Source: an uncultured Clostridium sp.
GTDB lineage: Bacteria; Bacillota; Clostridia; TANB77; CAG-508
Assembly (NCBI GenBank): GCA_946495905.1
Contig: CAMMEP010000002.1
Coordinates: 1-34,781 of the forward strand
DNA: 34,781 bases
Direction of reading: 5' to 3'
Shown here: positions 1 to 7,320 of the stretch, piece after piece
Numbering within the stretch: position 1 is the first letter of the stretch
How the letters are laid out: each line of letters opens with the position of its first letter
The notes under the pieces: model-generated
Told to the model about the DNA's origin: nothing
Databases searched by the model: none
What the model saw: the letters and a program-made list of their open reading frames with translations, nothing else
Program-made: the position numbers and the translations under genes

Positions 1-318
1 CATAAAAGAAATAATTAAATATAAAATTGATTTATGATTTCTTGTAATTTTCTTACTCATTGACTATTGTTTAAAAAAATAATATAATAAGAACGAATAA
101 TGTATAAAAAGATAATTTATACATTTGATTATATTTGGTAATAGAATATAATGAGTGTGGTAAACGGATGTTGACATTGTCCACGATTTGTCCACAGAAA
201 AATGATATTTATAATAAAAATAATACTAATAATACTGATAATTTTAATGTTACTTAGTCCTCAAAAAGCCTGGAATATCAATAATATTATAAATATTAAA
301 TATATTGATAATACATAA

Positions 319-378
319 GCAGCTACTTCATGCGGAAGTGGTAAGAAATATAAGAATTGTTGTGGAAGAAACCAGTAA
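319..378 (+). pseudogene. SEC-C (SecA-tail-like CGSGKKYKNCCG) motif remnant, copy A
   Basis: Frame 1 reads AATSCGSGKKYKNCCGRNQ-stop, but an in-frame TAA sits at 316-318 and there is no start or RBS. Paralogous to 6859..6945. Confidence 0.4.
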
Positions 379-431
379 TATCAATACTTTTAGAGATTAA
401 TAAAGTAAACATAAATATGAAAACACACTAA

Positions 432-455
432 ATTGTTTGCATTTTGTTTGCAAAA
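432..455. repeat. attL-like core: ATTGTTTGCATTTTGTTTGCAAAA, left copy of a perfect 24-bp direct repeat
   Basis: Identical 24-mer at 6753..6776. The integrase gene starts 150 nt inside this copy. Confidence 0.7.
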
Positions 456-604
456 TGTTTTCATATGTTAAAATAGAACCTCTGAATCTCTTGAAAATAA
501 AGTGATATAGGCTTGCAAACAAAGTGAATACAAAGTAAAAGAGTGTTAACATTCGTGTTGATGCTCTTTTAGTTTACATTCGAATTTTGAAAGGAGAATG
601 TAAA

Positions 605-1878
605 ATGTCAAATGTAACAATTCAAAAAAGAGGAAAATTCTATCAATACAAATTTGAAATTGCAAAAGTTGATGGAAAAAGAAAATTCATAAGCAAATCA
701 GGATTTAAAACAAAGACTGAAGCAGAAAAGCAGGAAATATTGCATATACTGAATATTTAAATACTGGTTTAGTTTTTAAAGAAAAAGAAATTTCTTTTAG
801 TGATTATTTAGATTATTGGTATGAAAATTACTGTGAAGTGAATTTAAAATATAATACTAGAAGAACTTATAAAACAATAATGGACAAGTATTTAAAACCT
901 GAAATTGGAAAATATAGATTAAGTTCGTTAACAAGTGTTAAGCTAAATTCATTTATTGCTGAATTATGCAATAAATATAATTTTAAAAAAGCATATTATA
1001 ATAATATTTTAAAGGTATTAAAGAATTGTTTTAGAATTGCAACTGATGTATATGGATTTATTAGATATAATCCAGCATTAACTTTAAAATTTCCTAAAAT
1101 TGAAGATAGTAATGATTTTCAAAAACATTTATACAATAAAAATGAAATTAATATGATTTTAGAAAGATTTAAAGATGATGATGCTTTTACTTGTGCTTTT
1201 ATTACGAGCTGTTTTACAGGAATAAGAACAGGGGAGGTTTGTAGCTTAACATGGGAGGATATAGACTTTAAAAATAGAGTTATAAATGTTAAGCATACAG
1301 TATATGATAAACCAGATGATGGGAAAGGTAGATGGTATATTGGAACTACTAAAACAAAACAAGGAACAAGGCAAATTAATATGAGTATTACTCTATATAA
1401 TGCTTTGATTAATTATAAAAAGAAACAACAATATTTGAAGAAAGTATTTGGAAGTGAATATTACACATACCATTTTGAAGATGTATTAAATAAATATGGA
1501 AAAGTAATGGAACAAAGAATTGTACAAAACAAGGGAAATATTCTTCAAATAAAAAAAGCTGATATGGTATTTACAAGACCTAATGGGAAATTTGTTGGCA
1601 GAAATATATTGAATTATCCATTTAAAATAATTCATAAAGAATTAGGTATTAAAAATTGTAGATTTTATGATTTAAGAGGAAGTTATGCAACTATTAATTT
1701 AAGAAATGGTACTGAAATTAGAGATGTTGCAGATATTTTAGGTCATAAATATATAGAAACTACAGAAAATTTTTATATATCAAGTACTGATGAAAACAAG
1801 AAAAATGTAAGTGATGTTTTTGACAGAATAATGAGTTCAGATGTTATTGAAAATATTATAAGGTATGAAGTAGAATGA
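605..1878 (+). pseudogene. int: phage-type tyrosine integrase (AP2-like arm-binding N-terminus + catalytic core), interrupted by a -1 frameshift near 730
   Basis: ATG 605 has SD AAAGGAG and encodes MSNVTIQKRGKFYQYKFEIAKVDGKRKFISKSGFKTKTEAEK. Frame 1 then continues AGNIAYTEYLNTG...NLKYNTRRTYK into the 838..1878 ORF. The C-terminus has R...HxxR...Y-type motifs (LRGSYAT, LGHKYIETTENFY). Confidence 0.85.
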
Positions 1879-1908
1879 TTAACGACGAAAAAATTAACAT
1901 AATACGTA

Positions 1909-1937
1909 TTGACAGATATTAAAATATATGCTAAAAT
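1909..1937 (+). promoter_or_regulatory. sigmaA-type promoter of the GNAT operon (TTGACA-17-TGcTAAAAT)
   Basis: -35 TTGACA at 1909-1914, 17-nt spacer, extended -10 TG at 1929-1930, TAAAAT at 1932-1937. Confidence 0.5.
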
Positions 1938-2033
1938 GAAAAACATATTTAAGAGTATATCTAAAAATGAAAATTTGAGCGATATAGGATAACCTGTAAT
2001 AGATGGTTGTTTACACGATGTATAGATTTTTAT

Positions 2034-2084
2034 AGTCTTGCAAAGGAGTCTTAAGGATTTCTTTTGCAAGACTTTTATTTTAAA
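2034..2084 (+). terminator. intrinsic terminator-like hairpin inside the 5' leader of the GNAT operon (possible attenuator)
   Basis: AGTCTTGCAAA (2034-2044) pairs with TTTGCAAGACT (2063-2073), extendable with G-U pairs, followed by TTTATTTT. It lies about 90 nt after the predicted TSS and about 30 nt before the first GNAT start. Confidence 0.5.
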
Positions 2085-2112
2085 AAAAATTAATTTTAAG
2101 GGGATGATAAGA

Positions 2113-2661
2113 ATGATAATAGAAAGTAAAAGATTAATATTAAGAAATTGGGAAGATTCAGATATTCAAGATTTAGTTGAAGGATTAAATAATATAAATG
2201 TGTCAAAATGGATGACTTCTGTTCCATTCCCATATACAGAAAAAGATGCTAAAAATTTTATAGAACATATAAAAAAACAAGATGAAAATCATAAAATTTC
2301 TTTAGCAATTGTATTAAAAGAAAATAACAAAGTAATAGGTGGAACAGAAATTAGAAATATAGATAAAAGAAATGGTACAGCAGGTGGAGGTATATGGATT
2401 AATGAAAAATATCAAAAAAATGGATATGGAACTGAAGCATTTTGTATAAGAAATAGATATATTTTTAATGAAATGAATTTAAGAAGAATTGAAAATGGTT
2501 ATTTTAAAGATAATGAAAAATCACATAAAATGCAATTAAAATTAGGATATAAAGATGAAGGAATAAAAAGAAAGAAATTTTTATGTATGGCAACAAATGA
2601 ATATGTAGATGAATGTATAACAGGATTATTAAAAGAAGAATTTATAGATATTTATAAATAA
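2113..2661 (+). CDS. GNAT N-acetyltransferase, RimJ/RimL-like (Acetyltransf_3 type)
   Basis: MIIESKRLILRNWEDSD..., QKNGYGTEA motif. SD AAGGGG is 9 nt upstream of ATG 2113. The track's 2038 start would run through the terminator hairpin. Confidence 0.85.
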   Translation: MIIESKRLILRNWEDSDIQDLVEGLNNINVSKWMTSVPFPYTEKDAKNFIEHIKKQDENHKISLAIVLKENNKVIGGTEIRNIDKRNGTAGGGIWINEKYQKNGYGTEAFCIRNRYIFNEMNLRRIENGYFKDNEKSHKMQLKLGYKDEGIKRKKFLCMATNEYVDECITGLLKEEFIDIYK

Positions 2662-2675
2662 AAGGAAGTGGTGAA

Positions 2676-3176
2676 ATGAATGAAATTATAATTAGAAATG
2701 TAGAACTAAAAGATTTAAAATCTGTATCAGAAATTACAATTAGAGGTTGGCAAACAGCTTATAGAGGAATTGTAGATGATGATTATTTAGACAGTTTAAG
2801 TATTGAAGAAAATTATCAAAAGCGAATTAAAGATTATAAGGAAAATGGTTTTATTGTAGCAGAGCAAAATGGAGAAGTAGTCGGATTTTGTAGATATAGA
2901 ATTGGAAATAATTATCAGGCTGAATATCCAGAGGTGGATTGTGAGTTATGTGCTTTATATGTAAAGCCTGAAGAAAAAAGAAAAGGTATAGGTAGAGCTC
3001 TTGTAAATTATGTTAAAAATGAATTTAAGAAAGCTAAGTTAAATAAAATGATTATTTGGTGCTTTAAGGAAAATTATTTATCTAGAACATTTTATGAAAA
3101 AATGGGTGGAATATATTGTGGAGAAACAACTTGTATAAGAGGAAATAAAGAATATGTTGAAGTAGGATATATATGA
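2676..3176 (+). CDS. GNAT N-acetyltransferase
   Basis: RKGIGRALV acetyl-CoA binding motif; SD AAGGAAGTGG upstream. Confidence 0.85.
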   Translation: MNEIIIRNVELKDLKSVSEITIRGWQTAYRGIVDDDYLDSLSIEENYQKRIKDYKENGFIVAEQNGEVVGFCRYRIGNNYQAEYPEVDCELCALYVKPEEKRKGIGRALVNYVKNEFKKAKLNKMIIWCFKENYLSRTFYEKMGGIYCGETTCIRGNKEYVEVGYI

Positions 3177-3189
3177 TTTAGAAAGTGAA

Positions 3190-4218
3190 TTGGAATTAGT
3201 ATTTCCAACAAAAGAACACAAAAAACAAGTAGAAGAATATTTAAAAGAATTTTTTGATAATGGGGAGTTTGAAATTGCAGGAGATGGTGGCTTAGACAGA
3301 ATTCAAGATTTTGATGAATGGTTACAAAAAGTTAAAAATGATTTATCTGAAGATAATATTGAAGATAGTAGAATTCCTGCTACCTTAAATTTGACAATCA
3401 GAAAATCAGATAAAAAAATAGTAGGAAATGTTCAAATAAGACATAAACTTAATGAAAAACTATTACTTTATGGTGGACATATAGGAGATAGTATTAGACC
3501 ATCTGAAAGAAGAAAAGGATATGCTACTGAGCAAATAAGATTAGCATTATTAAAATGTAAAGAATTAGGTATAGATAGAGTTTTAATGGATTGCGATAAA
3601 AATAATATAGGATCAGCAAAAAGCATTATAAGAAATGGCGGGATTCTTGAAAATGAAGTTTTAATTGATAATGAATTGGTACAAAGGTATTGGATTAGTT
3701 TAAAAAAAAGATATGCTAATAGATACGAATTTCAAGATAGTACAATTTATAAGAAAAGATCAATTAAAAGTGATGAATTTACAGGAGATATTTGTTATTA
3801 TAAGTTTAATTCAGTAAATAAAAAAATTTATATACCTAATGGTACTTGTATAATGGATAATGATTATGAATGGCTAGAGTTTTATGATTATAATTCTAAA
3901 ATTAAATTATCAGCTTTATATAATCAGAATAAAGAAATAATAGAATGGTATTTCGATATTACCAAAGTAATTGGAAAAGAAAATGGAATACCATATGAAG
4001 ACGATTTATATTTAGATGTAGTTGTAAATCCTGAAGGAGAAATAATTTTATTAGATGAAGATGAATTAAAAGCAGCATTAGATAGATTAGAAATTTCGAA
4101 AGAAGATTATAATATGGCATATAATGAAGCTAATATGTTAATGAATAAATTAAAAGGAAATAAATGTAAATTAGAAGCTTTTACAAATAAATATTTAAAT
4201 GAAATGAGGGAAGAGTAA
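3190..4218 (+). CDS. fusion protein: N-terminal GNAT (COG3981-like) + C-terminal DUF402 (FomD/Ntdp-like nucleoside di/triphosphatase fold)
   Basis: N-half has RRKGYATEQ (GNAT motif A). C-half has WYFDITKV...YEDDLYLDVVVNPEGEIILLDEDEL, typical of DUF402. TTG start. Confidence 0.7.
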   Translation: MELVFPTKEHKKQVEEYLKEFFDNGEFEIAGDGGLDRIQDFDEWLQKVKNDLSEDNIEDSRIPATLNLTIRKSDKKIVGNVQIRHKLNEKLLLYGGHIGDSIRPSERRKGYATEQIRLALLKCKELGIDRVLMDCDKNNIGSAKSIIRNGGILENEVLIDNELVQRYWISLKKRYANRYEFQDSTIYKKRSIKSDEFTGDICYYKFNSVNKKIYIPNGTCIMDNDYEWLEFYDYNSKIKLSALYNQNKEIIEWYFDITKVIGKENGIPYEDDLYLDVVVNPEGEIILLDEDELKAALDRLEISKEDYNMAYNEANMLMNKLKGNKCKLEAFTNKYLNEMREE

Positions 4219-4781
4219 TGCCAAAATTTATAATAATAGTTGGTCCACAAGCAGTAGGGAAAATGACTGTTGGGCAAGAATTAGCTAAAATAACAAATTT
4301 AAAATTACTACATAATCATATGACAATAGAATTATTAACCAAGATATTTGATTATAGTAAAGAAGCATATACAAAACTTAATTTAAATTTTAGAACACAA
4401 ATATTTGAAGAATTTTCTAAGAGTAATGAATATGGATTGATTTTTACTTGTTGTTTTGATTTTGATGTAAAAAAAGAATGGGAAATAGTAGAAAAATGGA
4501 GAAATATATTTAAAGAAAAAGGTGAAGAATGTTATTTTATTGAATTAGAAACAACATTAGAAGAAAGAATAAAAAGAAATAAAACAGATAATAGATTAGC
4601 TCATAAACCTTCAAAAAGAAATTTGGAATGGAGCGAGAATGACATTATTAAATCAATAGAAAAACATAGGTTAAATTCTAATCCAAATGAAATACCATTT
4701 GAAAATTATCTAAGAATTGATAATACAAATATATCTGCAGAAGAAACTGCAAAAATGATAAAAGAAAAATTTAGTTTATAG
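4218..4781 (+). CDS. P-loop NTPase, small-molecule/nucleotide kinase-like (AAA_33/shikimate-kinase-like fold)
   Basis: Walker A GPQAVGKMT at residues 9-17. The start overlaps the previous stop (TAATG), suggesting translational coupling. Confidence 0.7.
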   Translation: MPKFIIIVGPQAVGKMTVGQELAKITNLKLLHNHMTIELLTKIFDYSKEAYTKLNLNFRTQIFEEFSKSNEYGLIFTCCFDFDVKKEWEIVEKWRNIFKEKGEECYFIELETTLEERIKRNKTDNRLAHKPSKRNLEWSENDIIKSIEKHRLNSNPNEIPFENYLRIDNTNISAEETAKMIKEKFSL

Positions 4782-4798
4782 AAAGAGGTGGATATAAC

Positions 4799-5374
4799 AT
4801 GAAATATTTTAAGAAATTAATAGGAGATAGAATATATCTTGCACCAAAAGGTATATCTGAAGAAGAAATTGAAAAATTTACAGAATGGATGAACGATTTT
4901 CAAGTAACGGATTATACAGGAAGAACTAGTCAAATAACAACTTATGGTGGCGAAAAACAATATTTAGAAAATGCAGTAAAAGATGCTAATAATAGAAGTT
5001 TTAATATTGTAGAAATTGAAACAGATAAACTAATAGGAACAGTTGGTCTAGAACATTTTAATTGGGTTGAAAGAAGTGCAGTTTTAGGTATCTTTATAGG
5101 AGAAAAAGATTTTAGAAGCAATGGATATGGAACAGAAGCAATTAAAATAATATTAGAATATGGATTTAAATATCTAAATCTTCATAGCATAAGATTGGAT
5201 TTGTTATCAATTAATGAAAGAGCTCATAAATGTTATTTAAAATGTGGATTTAAAGATACAGGAGCAAGTAGAGAACAAATATTCTTGAATGGAAAATATT
5301 ATGATAAACTACATATGGACATACTTGAAAATGAGTTTGAGGGTACTTATATTAGAAATAAAAATATACAATAG
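4799..5374 (+). CDS. GNAT N-acetyltransferase, RimJ/RimL-like
   Basis: RSNGYGTEAIK motif; SD AGAGGTGG upstream. Confidence 0.85.
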   Translation: MKYFKKLIGDRIYLAPKGISEEEIEKFTEWMNDFQVTDYTGRTSQITTYGGEKQYLENAVKDANNRSFNIVEIETDKLIGTVGLEHFNWVERSAVLGIFIGEKDFRSNGYGTEAIKIILEYGFKYLNLHSIRLDLLSINERAHKCYLKCGFKDTGASREQIFLNGKYYDKLHMDILENEFEGTYIRNKNIQ

Positions 5375-5386
5375 GAGATGATATTA

Positions 5387-5854
5387 ATGGAAAAATTAAA
5401 AATAATACAACCTACCATAGATGAATGGTCCAAAATAAATGAATTAGCAAAACAAGTTCATAAATTACATATAAACTGGAATTCAGATTTATTTTTAGAT
5501 GTAGAAGAAGTTATTTCTATGGAAAGATTAAATAAATTATTAGAAACTGATAGTATATATGTTGCAAAAGTTAATGGTGAAATTGTTGGTTATATAATAA
5601 TAGATATAAAAGAAAAAGATAATGGTTTTATGAGGTATAGAAAATTACTGAGTATAGATACATTATGTATTGATGAAGATTTTCGTGGACAGGGTATAGG
5701 AACAAAAATACTGGAATTTGCTAAAAATATAGCAAAAGAAGAGAATTGCACAGATATGCACTTGACAGTAAATCCAAATAACGAAAATGCAATTAAAGTA
5801 TATGAAAAATTTGGTATGAAAGTTTATAATTTGTCATATATGATGAAATTATAG
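5387..5854 (+). CDS. GNAT N-acetyltransferase
   Basis: FRGQGIGTKIL motif. ATG 5387 lies 9 nt after AGGAG; the 5378 ATG abuts the SD. Confidence 0.8.
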   Translation: MEKLKIIQPTIDEWSKINELAKQVHKLHINWNSDLFLDVEEVISMERLNKLLETDSIYVAKVNGEIVGYIIIDIKEKDNGFMRYRKLLSIDTLCIDEDFRGQGIGTKILEFAKNIAKEENCTDMHLTVNPNNENAIKVYEKFGMKVYNLSYMMKL

Positions 5855-5922
5855 AATTTGTAGAAATATATGTATTTTTGCTAAAAGATGTGATAAAATA
5901 TGCACCAAGGAGTGATAACAAC

Positions 5923-6595
5923 ATGAAAATATATGTATATCTAGATGAAAGTCGGATCAATTCATAAAAATAGTAAAACGAGATATTTTGCAGTAGGTGG
6001 ATATTTTTGCTTTGAAGAAGATAGAGTGAAGATTAGAGCAAAATATAAAAAAGAAAATTTAAAACTAAAGAAAGCAAAGAAATTAGACTTGGATACTGAA
6101 ATAAAGTCATATGATATGACTGAGGATGAAAAAATACAAGTTTTTAACAAGATACAAGATATTGAAACTTTTCATGGTTGCGTTAAGGTATTTGATAAAA
6201 AATATATGAAAAAGGAAATAGTTGATTCAAATATATTTTTTAATTATGCAGTAAAAGTTTTAATTCAAGATTGCATACTACCAGAACTTAACTTGCAAGA
6301 AAACGATGAGCCAATAGAGTTTATTATAAGTATAGATAATAGAAATATAAGAGTAGGAGAATTGAACAATCTAGAAACATATTTAAAAACTGAATTTTGT
6401 ATTTATGATGATGATTTCAAAATTACATATTATGATTCTAAATCAAATTATGGAATTCAATTAGCAGATTTAACTGTTAATACATTTTACAATTCTTATA
6501 AAAATATAAGCCTAGTTGAAAATATTATAAAAGAATTAAAATCCAAAAATTTTAGAGTAAGTTTATTTCCAAGAAATAGTAGGAATAAAAAATAA
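5923..6595 (+). pseudogene. DUF3800 family protein, split by one extra C (in-frame CGG 5953-5955); pseudogene or +1 recoded
   Basis: ATG 5923 with SD AAGGAG encodes MKIYVYLDES, then CGG ATC AAT TCA TAA. The +1 frame from GGA 5954 gives G-SIHKNSKTRYFAVGGYF... This restores the family DESG motif, and a GIQLADL motif lies near the C-terminus. Confidence 0.8.
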
Positions 6596-6623
6596 AATTG
6601 TTCATAAAATATTAGTAAAATAT

Positions 6624-6652
6624 TTGACATACTATTTTTTGTGTGGTAAAAT
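6624..6652 (+). promoter_or_regulatory. sigmaA-type promoter (TTGACA-17-TGgTAAAAT)
   Basis: TTGACA at 6624-6629, 17-nt spacer, TG at 6644-6645, TAAAAT at 6647-6652. Confidence 0.5.
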
Positions 6653-6658
6653 ATTTAT

Positions 6659-6730
6659 AAAGTAAGACCTAGGTAAGGTAGCTAAATGCTAAGCGTATGT
6701 TAAGTACGCTGCCACCTAGGCATTTTTATT
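6659..6730 (+). ncRNA. candidate ~70-nt sRNA: one long imperfect hairpin ending in a U-run
   Basis: CCTAGGTAAGGTAGC (6668-6682) pairs with GCTGCCACCTAGG (6708-6720). An inner AGCGTA/TACGCT stem follows, then TTTTTATT. It sits directly behind a near-consensus promoter, 22 nt before attR. Confidence 0.4.
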
Positions 6731-6752
6731 ATAATAAAAAATGAATGTAAAC

Positions 6753-6776
6753 ATTGTTTGCATTTTGTTTGCAAAA
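6753..6776. repeat. attR-like core, right copy of the 24-bp direct repeat
   Basis: Identical to 432..455. Confidence 0.7.
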
Positions 6777-6858
6777 AATAGTAAAACATATATAAAATTA
6801 GTACTAATAATATAATAAATATGAAAGGACATAATCCTTGATATTATTAGTAAAAATA

Positions 6859-6945
6859 ATGTTTTATAGTATTGATAATACAGAAATAAAGTCTTCATGT
6901 GGTTCGGGAAAGAAATATAAGAATTGTTGTGGAAAGAACGCGTAA
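6859..6945 (+). CDS. mini-ORF with SEC-C metal-binding motif (MFYSIDNTEIKSSCGSGKKYKNCCGKNA)
   Basis: Open frame from 6835 (alternative TTG at 6838, 8 nt after AAAGGA). The CGSGKKYKNCCG motif matches the SecA C-terminal zinc-finger type. Confidence 0.35.
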   Translation: MFYSIDNTEIKSSCGSGKKYKNCCGKNA

Positions 6946-7062
6946 CTAAAATATAAGAAACTATAATGGATAACTGAAGAGTACAATGTTGTATATGAAA
7001 ATATAACGCAATGGTTTAAAGAAAACAAAGTATCTCTTGAAAGGACTGCAACAGGAAAAAAC

Positions 7063-7221
7063 ATGTATAAAAATATATTAGCTTACATTGTTGTAAAAGG
7101 ATTTGTTCCCGAAAGAACAGATAATGAAAGAGTATATTTAATAAAGGATTATAATAAGATAAAATCAAAAAAAGACTTAAAACGTATTTATAAAGAATAT
7201 GTTAAAAAAGGAGTTCTATAA
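7063..7221 (+). CDS. small hypothetical protein (frame is open from 6967, first ATG at 7063)
   Basis: Frame 1 is open for 85 codons and ends at TAA 7219-7221, followed directly by a terminator hairpin. AGGA lies 7 nt before ATG 7063. Confidence 0.3.
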   Translation: MYKNILAYIVVKGFVPERTDNERVYLIKDYNKIKSKKDLKRIYKEYVKKGVL

Positions 7222-7224
7222 AAG

Positions 7225-7252
7225 AGAGTTGGATAATTCCAATTCTTTTTTA
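7225..7252 (+). terminator. intrinsic terminator
   Basis: AGAGTTGGA / TCCAATTCT stem (one G-U pair) followed by TTTTTTATTT. Confidence 0.5.
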
Positions 7253-7253
7253 T

Positions 7254-7282
7254 TTGACAAATAGTATTTTAAATGATAATAT
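7254..7282 (+). promoter_or_regulatory. sigmaA-type promoter for the PPC-prfB operon (TTGACA-17-TGaTAATAT)
   Basis: TTGACA at 7254-7259, TAATAT at 7277-7282, with TG two nt upstream. Confidence 0.5.
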
Positions 7283-7320
7283 TGTTTCTAGTTAAAGTAT
7301 TCTGAGGAGGAATTTTTGTA

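Larger units (their letters stand above)
432..6776 (+). mobile_element. about 6.3-kb integrative island: integrase remnant, GNAT/kinase operon, DUF3800, sRNA candidate
   Basis: Bounded by perfect 24-bp direct repeats, with a tyrosine integrase at the left edge. All cargo is co-directional and tightly packed. The flanks are backbone (prfB side). Confidence 0.65.

Noticed and set aside
1-60. Possible 5' end of a minus-strand ORF (MSKKITRNHKSILYLIISFM...) running off the left edge
   Set aside because: Only 20 codons are visible, there is no SD, and the sequence is AT-rich enough that short open frames arise by chance. This cannot be supported.
171-215. Two TTGTCCAC repeats 11 bp apart (177-184, 188-195) resembling DnaA boxes (TTATCCACA), possibly oriC
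   Set aside because: There are only two imperfect boxes, no dnaA/dnaN context and no box cluster. An operator overlapping a weak TTGTCC-16-TATAAT promoter is more likely, and that is not testable here.
1773-2069. Other shadow ORFs: 1773..2069(-), 5962..6150(-), 6716..6898(-), 6864..7064(-), 8315..8548(-), 9075..9260(-), 9789..10130(-), 14052..14390(-), 15697..16080(-), 18020..18247(+), 25720..25902(-), 27430..27669(+), 28195..28383(-), 32402..32764(-), 33840..34130(+)
   Set aside because: They are antisense to strong CDSs or span promoters, terminators or att sequence. They are hydrophobic or low-complexity with no SD.
2038-2112. N-terminal extension of the first GNAT ORF given by the ORF track
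   Set aside because: It starts on TTG inside the terminator hairpin and has no SD. ATG 2113 (or 2104) is preceded by AAGGGG.
2113-6595. Integron-like cassette array (integrase plus many small GNAT cassettes)
   Set aside because: Intergenic gaps are -1 to 17 nt with no attC-like imperfect palindromes. The integrase is phage-type, co-directional and lacks the IntI context.
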